Positions 9,620-20,119 of a stretch of DNA of 64,000 bases are shown here, in pieces. Within the stretch, counting starts at the first letter, position 1, and the number at the start of each line of letters is the position of its first letter. The notes beneath the pieces are model-generated. The model saw only the letters and a program-made list of their open reading frames with translations. It was not told the DNA's origin and searched no databases. Location: positions 1,568,001-1,632,000 of the forward strand of contig CBDBBI010000010.1 of assembly GCA_965202625.1 (NCBI GenBank), read 5' to 3'. Source of the stretch: a bacterium. Lineage in GTDB: Bacteria > UBA8248. The position numbers were made by a program, and so were the translations under genes.

Positions 9620-10651
9620 ATGACACAATCGCCCGCTGAAATATTGCTTCCGGGAGATAACGTGAACTTTCGATTCGCGCATTGTGGTGATTTCCACCTC
9701 GGTCATGATTTCGACTACCTCCCTCCTTCAAAGGCCGCAGCGCGCCAAGCCGACCTTCGTATCGCGTTTTTTCGCGCCGTTCGTGAAACGCTCGCGTGGG
9801 GTGCGCAAGTATTCCTCGTATCGGGGGACCTGTTCGAAACCCCTCATCCAAGCGACCGCCACGTCAACGTCGTCTCAAAGAATCTTTCTTATTTGTCCAA
9901 AAACGGTGTGCGCTGTTTCGCCATTCCCGGCAACCATGACCCGGCGCCCCCCCAATCCGTGTGGAGCCAGGCCAGAATCGCCAACAACGTTCATCTGTTC
10001 GACACAGACCCCGCCACCGAATTGGGCCAAGAGAACATCGCCGAACTCCACCTCACAATCGCTGGAATTCCCTGGGATACGCGCGATGCCTTCAAACCTC
10101 CCTTGCGGGAAATTCTCACGCAAAAACTTCGCTTGAACGATAGGGCCATCCTGCTGTTGCATGGTTCAGAAGCCGCTCTCGCCCAGGAACACCCCGCGTT
10201 CCAAGAACATCCTTTTCAGGCGGATGAGCTCAGGCGTCTTCCTTTCGGATATGTGGCCATCGGCCACTACCACAAACCCCTGGACGTCGCCCGCTGGAAC
10301 GGAGGTGCCGCATGCTACAGCGGCTCGCCGGAAGGGTTGCGCTTCAGCGATCACAACCTGGGCGAACGATCCATCGTTCTAGGAGAAATGGACGAGCGAG
10401 GCGCGCTCCTCCAGCTGAAGCGAAAAACCATCAACGCGCGCACCATGAGAACGCTCTCCTATTCAGCCGGCGATGGGACGACGACGGATGACTGGTTTCG
10501 GGCGGTTGACGAGATGCGAGACCCGGACACCCTCTTGAGAGTATGCGTTCCCAGGCAACAAGGAGAGCGGCAAAGACGGGCGGAGGTGCTCTTATCCTCC
10601 CTTCATCATGATTTTTTTCACCTAGACATCGTATGGGAATCGCCCTCTTGA
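9620..10651 (+). CDS. Metallophosphoesterase, SbcD/Mre11-like exonuclease
   Basis: HCGDFHLG, SGDLFE, PGNHD, LLHGS, YVAIGHYH, YSGSPEG. Confidence 0.85.
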   Translation: MTQSPAEILLPGDNVNFRFAHCGDFHLGHDFDYLPPSKAAARQADLRIAFFRAVRETLAWGAQVFLVSGDLFETPHPSDRHVNVVSKNLSYLSKNGVRCFAIPGNHDPAPPQSVWSQARIANNVHLFDTDPATELGQENIAELHLTIAGIPWDTRDAFKPPLREILTQKLRLNDRAILLLHGSEAALAQEHPAFQEHPFQADELRRLPFGYVAIGHYHKPLDVARWNGGAACYSGSPEGLRFSDHNLGERSIVLGEMDERGALLQLKRKTINARTMRTLSYSAGDGTTTDDWFRAVDEMRDPDTLLRVCVPRQQGERQRRAEVLLSSLHHDFFHLDIVWESPS

Positions 10652-11436
10652 GCGAAACCATTTGGTGCGACGCGGCTTTCGCTCCTCCGGAAATCCCCGC
10701 GCGGCTTCTTGATGCGCGCCGCGCAAGCGGGGAGGACGCGCAAAGCGTCGTATGCGTCGTCATAGACGTATTAAGGGCCACGACGACTATTGCGGCGAGC
10801 CTGGCGAATGGATGCGCCGCCATACATCCCTGTCCATCTCCTGGGATGGCGCTTGCATTGACCAAAAAGCGAAGGCTCCAGCATGGTTCCGAAAAGATAT
10901 TTCTTGGCGGGGAGCAAGACGGCAAGCCCATTGCGGGATTCGACGGAGGAAATTCCCCCCTCGAATACACAAAACAGAAAATCGGCGGAAAAACCCTCGT
11001 GCTCTCCACGAGCAATGGAACAAAAGCGCTCTCCGCCGTGAAGGGTTGCGAAGAAATTTTTACCGCCGCTTTCGTGAACATCACAGCAGTCGCCGGACGG
11101 ATGACGTCTCTACTTCATCGCGACCGAAGACGTTCCCTCCTAGTCGCCTGTGCCGGCCGAGAAGGGGGTTATTGTGAGGAAGACGCTGTGGGAGCGGGCC
11201 TCCTTCTGCGCATCCTGTCTGAAAATTTGAAGGATCTTGAATTCTCCGATACCGCTCGCGCGGCCCTCCACGTCGCCAGGGGCGCGGAAGAAAATTTGGA
11301 AAAAACGCTTTTTCATAGCGGGTGGGGAAAACATCTGCTCGCCTTGGGCCTTGGAGACGACGTATCCTTCTGCGCGCAAAAGGACGTCTTGGGCGTGGTT
11401 CCCAAAATGGATGCAGGGGTGATAAAGTGTTCTTAA
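10633..11436 (+). CDS. comB: 2-phosphosulfolactate phosphatase family protein
   Basis: VIDVLRATTT, GGE...GFDGGNSP.E, STSNGT, EEDAVGAG. Confidence 0.88.
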   Translation: MGIALLSETIWCDAAFAPPEIPARLLDARRASGEDAQSVVCVVIDVLRATTTIAASLANGCAAIHPCPSPGMALALTKKRRLQHGSEKIFLGGEQDGKPIAGFDGGNSPLEYTKQKIGGKTLVLSTSNGTKALSAVKGCEEIFTAAFVNITAVAGRMTSLLHRDRRRSLLVACAGREGGYCEEDAVGAGLLLRILSENLKDLEFSDTARAALHVARGAEENLEKTLFHSGWGKHLLALGLGDDVSFCAQKDVLGVVPKMDAGVIKCS

Positions 11437-12245
11437 AGTTTGGCTGTCTTCGTCAATACGCTTTCAACCAAATCTCGCGCGTCTGGAGAATCCGCCCCGG
11501 GTCTTAGATAGAGAAAAAACTCCTGGTTTCCTTTTGCGCCTGGGAGCGCGCTCAACGCGACGTCTTGGGGAGCCAGCCGCATCCGAAGCGTCTCATCCCA
11601 AATTCTGACGAGAACTTCGCGGTGAAGCGCAGGATCGCGAACAATCCCCCCCTTGCCGACGCGGCCCTTACCCACCTCAAACTGTGGCTTTATGAGAGCG
11701 ATTATCTCTCCGCCGTCGGCGAGCAGCGCGCGGGTCGGCCCGATCACTTTCAAGACAGAGATGAAAGAAACGTCCATGACGCATAAACTGGGGCGCTCTT
11801 CTCCCGTCAGCATTCGAAACGTATCCAGCGTTAAACGCCTGGCGTTCACCCCCTCCAAAAGGATAACTCTGGGGTCGTTCCTCAATTTCCAATCAAGCAA
11901 GCCCCTGCCCACGTCCACCGCTGCGACCCGGCGCGCGCCACGCGTGAGCAGGACGTCGGTAAATCCGCCCGTGGACGCGCCAATGTCCGCGCAATACCTA
12001 TCCACTGGATAAATTCCAAAGGCATCCAGTGCGCCTGCGAGTTTCAGGCCGCCTCGGCTCACGTAGGAAAGAACATCTTCTTTTAGCGTGATGGATGCGT
12101 CCCGTGAAAATAAAGAACCCGCCTTCTCCGCGGGTTTGCCGTCAACAAACACGAGGCCCGCCAGAATCAGGCGCAGCGCGCGCTCCCGGCTTGGGACGAG
12201 AGCGCGTTCAACGACTAACTTGTCAAGCCTCTGTTTTCTTGCCAT
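11433..12245 (-). CDS. tlyA: TlyA rRNA methyltransferase/hemolysin A
   Basis: S4 domain RLD, YVSRGGLKL, DIGASTGGFTD, DVSFIS, LIKPQFE, GNQEF. Confidence 0.95.
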   Translation of the reverse strand: MARKQRLDKLVVERALVPSRERALRLILAGLVFVDGKPAEKAGSLFSRDASITLKEDVLSYVSRGGLKLAGALDAFGIYPVDRYCADIGASTGGFTDVLLTRGARRVAAVDVGRGLLDWKLRNDPRVILLEGVNARRLTLDTFRMLTGEERPSLCVMDVSFISVLKVIGPTRALLADGGEIIALIKPQFEVGKGRVGKGGIVRDPALHREVLVRIWDETLRMRLAPQDVALSALPGAKGNQEFFLYLRPGADSPDARDLVESVLTKTAKL

Positions 12246-14157
12246 AGACCGTCAGATCGGCAAAATCAGACTCCGCCTCGAGCATCTTGCGAGCCGCTTG
12301 GGTAATGTCGCCCGGCGTCAGCGCGCAATCCTCACGCTGGAGTTGAGGCGCCCCGTGTTCGATAAAGCGATCGGGAATGCCCAAGATCGTGACGGGAACG
12401 TCCCGAATCCCGCGCGCTGCCAAGAGTTCCAGGACGCCGGCCCCCATTCCGCCGATGCGCGTGCCCTCCTCAATCGTCACAATGCGCCCGCACCTTCGGA
12501 CAAGCTCCAAAATTTTCTCCTCATCCATCGGCTTCACAAAGCGAAGGTTCAGAACCGACGCCTGTATTCCGAGTTGCGCCAGCTGCTCGGCGGATTCCAT
12601 CGCAAGGCCCACCATGGGGCCCAAAGCGATGAACGCCACGTCATCGCCACCACGAAGCAGCTCCGCCTCTGCGATGGGAATCGTCTCGACGTCCTCCCCC
12701 ATCGGAACCCCCTCGCCGGAACCACGCGCGAAGCGCACCGCCGCCGGCCCCGGATGTTCAATCGCGGTCAAAACCATTTTTTGCAGTTCATCTTCGTCCC
12801 TGGGCGACATGATGACCATGTTCGGCAAACACCGAAGATAGGCCAAATCATAGGCGCCCTGGTGGGTGGGGCCGTCATCCCCTACAAGACCGGCTCTGTC
12901 TATCGCAAAGGCGACGGGCACGTTCGTGAGGCAGACATCGTGGATAATTTGATCATAGGCGCGTTGTAGAAACGTGCTGTAGATGGCGACGACCGGCTTC
13001 ATCCCCTGAAGCGCCAGTCCGGTTGCGAACGTCACCGCATGTTGTTCGCACATCCCTACGTCGAAGCAGCGCTCGGGCAACGCCTTTTGATAGTTCACAA
13101 GCGCCGTCCCCTCAAGCATGGCCGCCGAGATGGCCACTATCTTTTCATCCTTCTCGCTGAGTTTGATCATCGCATCGGCAAAAACTTTGGAGTAGCTCGG
13201 AGGTCCAGGCGCTTTTCGATAAAATTTGCCGGAACCAGGGTCAAATTTCGTCACGCCATGATACGTGATGGGCTTCGCTTGGCTATAAGGATACCCGTGG
13301 CCTTTGCGGGTGACGACGTGAATCAGATTGGGGCCATCCAAATTCTTCACGTTTCTGAGAGTGGGGAGCAGCAAATCCAGCCTGTGGCCGTCCACCGGAC
13401 CAATATACCGAAAACCCAGTTCCTCGAACAAAATACCCGGCACGATGATATTCTTCAGGGATTCCTCCACCCTGTCCATGAGCGTGACGGCATGAGCGCC
13501 CACCATGGGGAGGTGACCCAATATTTTTTGCACCTCATCACGCACCTTGCGCGCCCGGTTCGCCCATTCACCCGTCATGATGCGCGCCAGATAGGAACAC
13601 ATGGCGCCTACGTTGGGCGAGATTCCCATTTTGTTGTCATTGAGAATCACGGTGAGATTCCTCTTGACGTCCCCCGCGTTGTTGAGCGCCTCCATCGCCA
13701 TACCGGCAGTCAAGCTGCCATCCCCGATGATGGCAACAACCTCAAAATCATCGCCCGAGAGATCTCGCGCCGTCGCCATACCGAGCGCCGCCGATATGGA
13801 CGTGCCTCCGTGCGCCACGTTCAGATGGTCATATTCGCTCTCCCGCCTGTCCGGAAAACCGGCGATTCCTTTCCATTGCCTCAGCGTATGGAAACGATCC
13901 CGGCGTCCGGTCAATATCTTGTGCGTATATGCCTGATGGCCCACGTCCCAAATCAACTTATCCCGTGGCGTGTCGTAGAGATAATGAAGCGCGACGACGA
14001 GCTCCGCAGCTCCGAGGGAAGCACTAAGATGCCCCCCCGTGTCGGACGTCACCTGGATGACGAGGTCGCGAAGCTCCTCCACGACCTGGGGAAGCTGATT
14101 TTCCGGCAGTTTTCTCAAATCCGCCGGGCTATCAATGCGATCGAGCAGTTCGCCCAT
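12223..14157 (-). CDS. dxs: 1-deoxy-D-xylulose-5-phosphate synthase
   Basis: GGHLSASLG, WDVGHQAYTHKILTGR, GDGSLT...EALNNAG, LNDN, YSTFLQRAYDQ, DRAGLVGDDGPTH. Confidence 0.97.
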   Translation of the reverse strand: MGELLDRIDSPADLRKLPENQLPQVVEELRDLVIQVTSDTGGHLSASLGAAELVVALHYLYDTPRDKLIWDVGHQAYTHKILTGRRDRFHTLRQWKGIAGFPDRRESEYDHLNVAHGGTSISAALGMATARDLSGDDFEVVAIIGDGSLTAGMAMEALNNAGDVKRNLTVILNDNKMGISPNVGAMCSYLARIMTGEWANRARKVRDEVQKILGHLPMVGAHAVTLMDRVEESLKNIIVPGILFEELGFRYIGPVDGHRLDLLLPTLRNVKNLDGPNLIHVVTRKGHGYPYSQAKPITYHGVTKFDPGSGKFYRKAPGPPSYSKVFADAMIKLSEKDEKIVAISAAMLEGTALVNYQKALPERCFDVGMCEQHAVTFATGLALQGMKPVVAIYSTFLQRAYDQIIHDVCLTNVPVAFAIDRAGLVGDDGPTHQGAYDLAYLRCLPNMVIMSPRDEDELQKMVLTAIEHPGPAAVRFARGSGEGVPMGEDVETIPIAEAELLRGGDDVAFIALGPMVGLAMESAEQLAQLGIQASVLNLRFVKPMDEEKILELVRRCGRIVTIEEGTRIGGMGAGVLELLAARGIRDVPVTILGIPDRFIEHGAPQLQREDCALTPGDITQAARKMLEAESDFADLTVYGKKTEA

Positions 14158-14349
14158 CCCGTCTCTCGCCAAGGGGACTCTCCTCAAAGCGTGTTTTCAC
14201 GGCGTTACGCGAACATCCCCAATTTTAATATTCTGCTCCCATAAAAGGAACTTATCACAAATGGGGGCTGATTATCATGGGGGGGGAAGAATTTCTATCG
14301 TTTTGCTTGCTGCGAGCAAAATGATCACAAGTAGTGGCTGACCATCCCG

Positions 14350-15264
14350 TCAGAACCCGCGCAAGACGATGAACCGCGCGAGGGAGGCCAACGCAGACCC
14401 TCCATTCGGAAAAATTTCAAGCGCTTGCAGCGCTCCCTCACAAGCCGAACGCGCCAGGCGTTTCGACGTTTCCATGCCATATAAGCCCGGATAGGTCGCC
14501 TTATCCAACTCCTCATCCGAGCCCGTGGGTTTTCCCATGCACTTCGCATCGCCTTCCACGTCCAAAATGTCATCCACGATTTGAAACGCCAGTCCAATTT
14601 TCTCGCCATAAACGCTCAGTGCCGCCATCTGCGCCTGATCGCCCCCTCCGAGGAGACCTCCCAGGCAAACGGAAACTCTCAAAAGCGCCCCCGTTTTCCT
14701 TTTGTGAATTTCCTCCAGGCGCGCGGCCTCGTTGCCCCGACCATTCGCCCAGACGTCCAGGAGCTGTCCCCCCACCATACCCGTCGCGCCAGCCGCCTCG
14801 GCGAGCATACGAATAGCCTTGACATGACGCTTAGGCGGAATCTTTTCTTCCATATCCTCGCTCGCCATGAACGCAAAGGCCAGCGTCTGTAAACCATCAC
14901 CCGCCAGAATCGCCGCCGCCTCGCCATAGACTTTGTGATTCGTGGGGATTCCCCGCCTGAACGCATCGTCGTCCATCGCGGGCAAATCATCATGGATCAA
15001 CGAATAAGAATGAATACATTCCAGGGCACAGGCAGCGGGCAAGATAGATTCGGGGTCCCCGCCAACGGCCTCACATCCAGCCAAGCAAAGCACGGGGCGC
15101 AAGCGCTTCCCCCCTGCAAAAAGGCTGTAGCGCATGACCTCGAACATCTCGGGCGGTTCGGATGCTTTTGGCACAAACCGATCCAGCTCTTCCTCCACGC
15201 GCCTTGCCCAGCCGCTTAGGTAGGCCGCCGCATCGACGCCGTCGGAAACCTCCGCTTCATTCAT
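14350..15264 (-). CDS. ispA: Geranyl/farnesyl diphosphate synthase
   Basis: GGKRLRP, HSYSLIHDDLPAMDDD, FQIVDDILD; xseB-ispA-dxs order. Confidence 0.92.
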   Translation of the reverse strand: MNEAEVSDGVDAAAYLSGWARRVEEELDRFVPKASEPPEMFEVMRYSLFAGGKRLRPVLCLAGCEAVGGDPESILPAACALECIHSYSLIHDDLPAMDDDAFRRGIPTNHKVYGEAAAILAGDGLQTLAFAFMASEDMEEKIPPKRHVKAIRMLAEAAGATGMVGGQLLDVWANGRGNEAARLEEIHKRKTGALLRVSVCLGGLLGGGDQAQMAALSVYGEKIGLAFQIVDDILDVEGDAKCMGKPTGSDEELDKATYPGLYGMETSKRLARSACEGALQALEIFPNGGSALASLARFIVLRGF

Positions 15265-15523
15265 CGTCTTCCTCGTCAAGCGACTTCAAGGAAAACGACT
15301 CTTGCGGCTCCCCCACGAGCTCCTCCACCCTCTTTTGCGCCGCGCTCAACTGCTCTCGACTATATCGGAAGAGCCTCACCCCTTCCTCATACAGCGAAAC
15401 CGCCTCTTCCAACGAGGGTTTTCCGCCCTCAAGTTCTTCCACAATGGCTTCCAAACGCTCTAACGCATTCTCAAAGCTCTCCGGTTCCGCCTCGGGCTTT
15501 GCGGATGCATTCGCGTCGCTCAT
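15257..15523 (-). CDS. xseB: Exodeoxyribonuclease VII small subunit
   Basis: SFENALERLEAIVEELEGG..SLEEAVSLYEEG. Confidence 0.92.
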   Translation of the reverse strand: MSDANASAKPEAEPESFENALERLEAIVEELEGGKPSLEEAVSLYEEGVRLFRYSREQLSAAQKRVEELVGEPQESFSLKSLDEEDDE

Positions 15524-16920
15524 GAGCACTCCCCCTCTGAAAAGACTTTCTCTACCCGGCACGACAAAGCGCCTTGCGACAAGCGAATCCGAATGGATTC
15601 CCGTTCCCTCACGCGCCTGGCGTCTTTGATGAGCGCGCCGTCGGATTCCTTGTAGGTCAAGCTATACCCCCGCGCCAGAACTGCGAGCGGCGACACGATT
15701 TCAAGGCGTCTCGCAGCGGCATCGAGCGCGTCCATTCTGCGGCCCATAAAGGGCGCGCACGCCGCGCGCAGGCGTTTCGCATGATCTTCCATCCTTGATT
15801 TGAAAATTTCGATTTTTCCCCTTGGCGCCATCGCCCGCAGTCTTGGCGCCATTCCGGCCAGGTGCATCCGCCCCATTTGCTGGCGATGCTCCGCTTCCCT
15901 ACCCATGCGTTCATAGAGAGTGTCCAGGCGTTGGGCCAACATCTCGAGCGGCGCCTCCGGCCTTCTGAACGCAGGACCTTCGAGCAAGCGAGAGAGTCTA
16001 GCCTCGAGTGAATCCAGCTGTTCCGTCATCGCCCGCCGCATACCATCAAGCGCATCCTCCAAATCCCGGGCGCCCCCCTCCCAGCCTCTGGCCACGCGTT
16101 CGGCCGCCGCCGTAGGTGTAGACGCTGATTCATCGGCCACCAAATCGCTAAGCGACGTATCCACCTCATGGCCCACCGCCGAAATGAGCGGCGTTTCACA
16201 CCCGGAGATCGCTCGCGCCACCTCCTCTTCATTAAACGCCCACAAGTCCTTCCGGCTGCCGCCGCCGCGGCCGATGATAATGAGATCGACGGAACGTTCC
16301 ATGTTAGCGAGGCCTTTGTCCGCTCTTCGAATCGCCCCTGCGATAGAAGACGCGGCGCCATCCCCCTGCACCGGCGTGTGAACGAGGAGAAGCGCGACAA
16401 TCGGCGCCCGCTCTCTGAAAACCCGCAGCATATCCTGGAGAGCGGCTCCTTCCCTGCTCGTCACCAACGCGACGCGACGCGGGCGCTCAGGTATCTCTTT
16501 TCTTCGTTCAGGGCCGAACAAACCCTCTTTTTCCAGTCGCTCGCGCAGCTGACGAAAAGCGACCTCGAGCGCGCCTTCCCCCAAAGGCTCCATGGAAAGC
16601 GCCGAGACCTGAAAACGACCCTCTTTCTCATAAAGCGTCACCCGGCAACGAACCATCACGCGCATGCCCACTTCGGGCGCAAAACGCAAAAACCGCCCAC
16701 GGGCCGAAAACATCACGGCGTCTACCTTCGAGACGGCGTCTTTCAAGTCAAAGTAGGAGTGCCCTGATGGATAAGTGCGCCAAGAAGAAATTTCTCCCTC
16801 GACCAGCACCTCTCCAAATTCCCCTTCCAACAGTTCTTTCACCCGCGCGTTGAGTTGCGAGACGGTGAACACCGCAGGCGTTGCTTGAGGCGCATTATCT
16901 CCCAGGAGATCCACGTTCAT
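15520..16920 (-). CDS. xseA: Exodeoxyribonuclease VII large subunit
   Basis: VEGEISS, SGHSYFDLKD, GRGGGS..DLWAFNEE, ISAVGHEVD, TPTAAAE, LARGYS. Confidence 0.95.
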   Translation of the reverse strand: MNVDLLGDNAPQATPAVFTVSQLNARVKELLEGEFGEVLVEGEISSWRTYPSGHSYFDLKDAVSKVDAVMFSARGRFLRFAPEVGMRVMVRCRVTLYEKEGRFQVSALSMEPLGEGALEVAFRQLRERLEKEGLFGPERRKEIPERPRRVALVTSREGAALQDMLRVFRERAPIVALLLVHTPVQGDGAASSIAGAIRRADKGLANMERSVDLIIIGRGGGSRKDLWAFNEEEVARAISGCETPLISAVGHEVDTSLSDLVADESASTPTAAAERVARGWEGGARDLEDALDGMRRAMTEQLDSLEARLSRLLEGPAFRRPEAPLEMLAQRLDTLYERMGREAEHRQQMGRMHLAGMAPRLRAMAPRGKIEIFKSRMEDHAKRLRAACAPFMGRRMDALDAAARRLEIVSPLAVLARGYSLTYKESDGALIKDARRVRERESIRIRLSQGALSCRVEKVFSEGECS

Positions 16921-16952
16921 CCGAAAACCCCCGCCGCCGTGCCGTCTCCCCT

Positions 16953-17810
16953 TCACGATTGAAGGGAATAGGCACGCGCTGTGTTCCTCATCAACATGGC
17001 GACCGTCATTGGCCCCACCCCGCCCGGCACCGGCGTGATGGCTGACGCTTTCTCGCACAAAGACCCAAAATCACAATCGCCGACCAACTCTCCATTCACC
17101 CGATTGATGCCGACGTCGACCACGGTCGCTCCTTCTCGAATCATATCCGCGGTCAAGAATTTCGGCCTCCCCAAGGCGGCCACCACGACGTCGGCTCCTC
17201 GCGTGATCGCGGGAATATTCCGGGTTCTGGAATGACATATCGTCACTGTCGCGTTCTCATGCAGCATGAGAATGGACAGGGGAAGCCCCACGATCTTGCT
17301 ACGCCCGATGAGGACGGCCTTTTTCCCCTCCAGACCCACGTTATAGAACTTCAGAATCTCAAGCACCCCCGCGGGCGTGCAGGGCTTGAGCGCGCCTTGC
17401 CTGAGCGCCAGTTTCCCAAAATTCTCCGGATGAAAGACGTCGACATCTTTTTCAGGGGAGACCGTCCGCAACACTTCCTCCTCGTTCAAATGGGCGGGAA
17501 GAGGCAACTGCACCAATATCCCATCCACTCTCCCGTCATGATTCAAATCTGCAATGAGAGAGATGAGGTCCCCCTGGCTCGTATTCTCCGCCAGGCGATG
17601 ATCGTAGGTTTCGATGCCAAGTTTCCTGGCGGAACGGCCTTTGATGCGGACATATACATGGGAGGCGGGGTCCTCCCCCACAAGAACGACGGCGAGGCCC
17701 GGGGGGCGACCCATCCGGGGCAGCAGCCCATCAATGAAGGTTTCCAGCTCCTCCATCACTTTCTCCGCCACGGGCTTACCTTTCAGGAGCAAGGCCACCG
17801 CCATTTTCAT
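16953..17810 (-). CDS. folD: Bifunctional methylenetetrahydrofolate dehydrogenase/cyclohydrolase
   Basis: GILVQLPLP, KDVDVFHP, PCTPAG, GRSKIVG, TPVPGGVGPMT. Confidence 0.96.
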   Translation of the reverse strand: MKMAVALLLKGKPVAEKVMEELETFIDGLLPRMGRPPGLAVVLVGEDPASHVYVRIKGRSARKLGIETYDHRLAENTSQGDLISLIADLNHDGRVDGILVQLPLPAHLNEEEVLRTVSPEKDVDVFHPENFGKLALRQGALKPCTPAGVLEILKFYNVGLEGKKAVLIGRSKIVGLPLSILMLHENATVTICHSRTRNIPAITRGADVVVAALGRPKFLTADMIREGATVVDVGINRVNGELVGDCDFGSLCEKASAITPVPGGVGPMTVAMLMRNTARAYSLQS

Positions 17811-17856
17811 CCTTTGTCATGGACGCATCAAAGACGCGTTTGATCGCACTCGGTGC

Positions 17857-18828
17857 CTAGAGCAAAATCTTTCCATCCTTGATGAGCAACTGATCATCCG
17901 CCCACACCGTGGGGTTGTCAAAAATCATGTCAATATGGAGCGGAGCGTCCACCTCGCCTCCGATGCTCCCACTATCTCCCACCGCCATGTGGCAAGTCCC
18001 CCACGTCTTCTTCGCCTCTCGCATCGTCTCCCGAGGCCGACAGGCGGGGTTCGTGCCAATCGCAAATTCCGCCACGTTCTTCGCCAAATCTCCGTTTTCG
18101 TCCAGCAACTTCCAAAATCGCTCTGCGGCGCCGCTTCCCGTGATGGACGCCACCTTTCCATCCTTGACCTCAAGCCTGATGGGCTCGGTGACAAACCCCA
18201 AATCTTTTCGCTCAATCGAAAAAGGATTCACCATCACGCCGTTGGACGTGCCCTCCAAGGGGCTCATCGCCGCTTCTCCATCGGGACACGCCGCAAACTC
18301 TCCAGGTTTTCGCGCCACGCCAACGAGAGGAAAACAGGTTCTCCCCTCCAGAGAAAAACGCATGTCGCATCCATCCGGCGTGGTAAACCGGCCCGATTTG
18401 GCCTCGGTGTATATGTCGGAAATCTCCCTCGTGACGCGGGCGACCTCATCATAATCCGCCAAAGCGCCGCCAGCGACCATCATGTCCTCGCGCCATCCCC
18501 ACATGTCCAGAACGCGCGCCCCTCTTTTGAGCGCGTTCCTCGCCGTTTCGGTATGAATCGTGGCGAAACTCGTCTGAAGTATCACTACGTCAGAGGCCGC
18601 CATCGCCGCCCCCACATGGGGCAACGGGTCTATTCCGCCGTTCAGGTGAGGAGGCATGTGCATAATGGACAACCGAGCACCCGCCGCGCTCAAGGCGTGC
18701 GCGAGAGCCTCTGTGATAGAAGCGGGACGATCCGAATCCGCGACAAGAAGCGCCAATTCGCCCTCTCTCACGTCAAGAACCTGCTCCACAATTCGCCGCG
18801 CGGTAGGCGCCATGTTGTATTTTATCAT
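17857..18828 (-). CDS. Aminopeptidase-like protein (M29 / aminopeptidase T superfamily)
   Basis: PDGEA, AEFAIGTNP, GTCHMAVGD, LHIDM. Confidence 0.8.
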   Translation of the reverse strand: MIKYNMAPTARRIVEQVLDVREGELALLVADSDRPASITEALAHALSAAGARLSIMHMPPHLNGGIDPLPHVGAAMAASDVVILQTSFATIHTETARNALKRGARVLDMWGWREDMMVAGGALADYDEVARVTREISDIYTEAKSGRFTTPDGCDMRFSLEGRTCFPLVGVARKPGEFAACPDGEAAMSPLEGTSNGVMVNPFSIERKDLGFVTEPIRLEVKDGKVASITGSGAAERFWKLLDENGDLAKNVAEFAIGTNPACRPRETMREAKKTWGTCHMAVGDSGSIGGEVDAPLHIDMIFDNPTVWADDQLLIKDGKILL

Positions 18829-19411
18829 CACATCCCCTCTACGCACGGAAAGCCGAAACCAAGGACGCCTCGGCCAGAGAACAGAAACGAGTCGATTTTC
18901 AGAAAAACACCCTTTGGATTTGGTATATTATATGTGCCGACCAAACACCCTCGCAAGGGCGCGGCCTCATATGCGAAAATTGATTGAAGTTCATCCGTTC
19001 GATCAAAAACGAGCGGGCGGACGGCGACCCCCAGAAATCCCCATCTTATCAGTGGACCTCATCATGGAGACGAGAGACGGGGGAGAAAACGTCCTCGACG
19101 TGGAGCTGATTCGCCAATTTCCGCGCACGGTGACCCTCAGTGCGACGAGAGGCGACACAACGTCACGGTGGTATACGCGTGCGCAAGGCTGCTTGGAGTG
19201 CGAGGCGGACGGGTGTTGTCGCCAAACACGCGCTGTCCTCGCAGATTGCGTTTGCTCACGCGGATATACTAAGCAATTATTTTTCAAGGAAGCTCTCAAG
19301 GAACCCCCGCGATGCAGGGCGCGTTCAAACAGGTTCTGCTATCATGGATGAGTCGATGCGGGAGAACATGCCCGTTTCTCCGATTTTCTTTGAGGTAGGG
19401 TTGCGCAGGAT

Positions 19412-20119
19412 ATGAGCTCGCTTTTCGGAATCCTCAGCCGCGCATTCGAATTCATGCAAAAAGACATTGCCGCAGCTGCGGAGCGCGACCCCGCCTGCAG
19501 AACGAAAATGGAGGTCATACTCTGTTATCCGGGATTTCACGCCATATCTTTGCATCGGTTGGCCCACTTCTTCTGGACAAGGCGTCTTCCGTTCGCCGCC
19601 CGCTTGCTCAGCCACCTGAACCGCTTCATCACGGGGGTTGAAATTCACCCGGGCGCCCGAATTGGCGAGGGGTTTTTCATAGACCATGGAATGGGCGTCG
19701 TCATCGGAGAAACAACGCGGATTGGGCAAAATTGCACCCTCTATCAAGGGGTGACGCTCGGCGGAGTGAGCCTTAAAAAAGAAAAAAGACACCCCTCGCT
19801 GGAGGATAACGTCATCGTTGGCGTTGGCGCCCAGGTCCTGGGGCCCCACGTTATTGGCGCCGGCAGCCGCATTGGCGCGAGTTCTGTCGTCATTGCAGAC
19901 GTTCCCCCCGGCTGCACGGTCGTCGGCGTGCCCGCGCGCATCGTCTATCGGGAAGGGCAGGCGCAAACGGACGTCCCGCCTCTCGTCTCTTTTGCACACC
20001 ATGAACTTCCGGATCCGGTGGAGGCGGCCATTCAGACGCTGAACCAGCGCGTAGCGGCTCTTGAGAAAGAGTTGACCCAGGCGCGAGAGCCGGTGCCGGA
20101 ACAATCAGGGACGTCATGA
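19412..20119 (+). CDS. cysE: Serine O-acetyltransferase
   Basis: [41 protein letters not shown]. Confidence 0.95.
   Translation: MSSLFGILSRAFEFMQKDIAAAAERDPACRTKMEVILCYPGFHAISLHRLAHFFWTRRLPFAARLLSHLNRFITGVEIHPGARIGEGFFIDHGMGVVIGETTRIGQNCTLYQGVTLGGVSLKKEKRHPSLEDNVIVGVGAQVLGPHVIGAGSRIGASSVVIADVPPGCTVVGVPARIVYREGQAQTDVPPLVSFAHHELPDPVEAAIQTLNQRVAALEKELTQAREPVPEQSGTS

Noticed and set aside
13039-18987. Long + strand ORFs 13039-14244 and 17614-18987
   Set aside because: Antisense shadows of dxs and of folD plus the aminopeptidase, as expected in GC-rich DNA
19050-19140. HigB toxin-like words VTVRGNWRI (minus strand) and ENVLDVEL (plus strand)
   Set aside because: They lie on opposite strands and no other HigB sequence or antitoxin is present; probably coincidence
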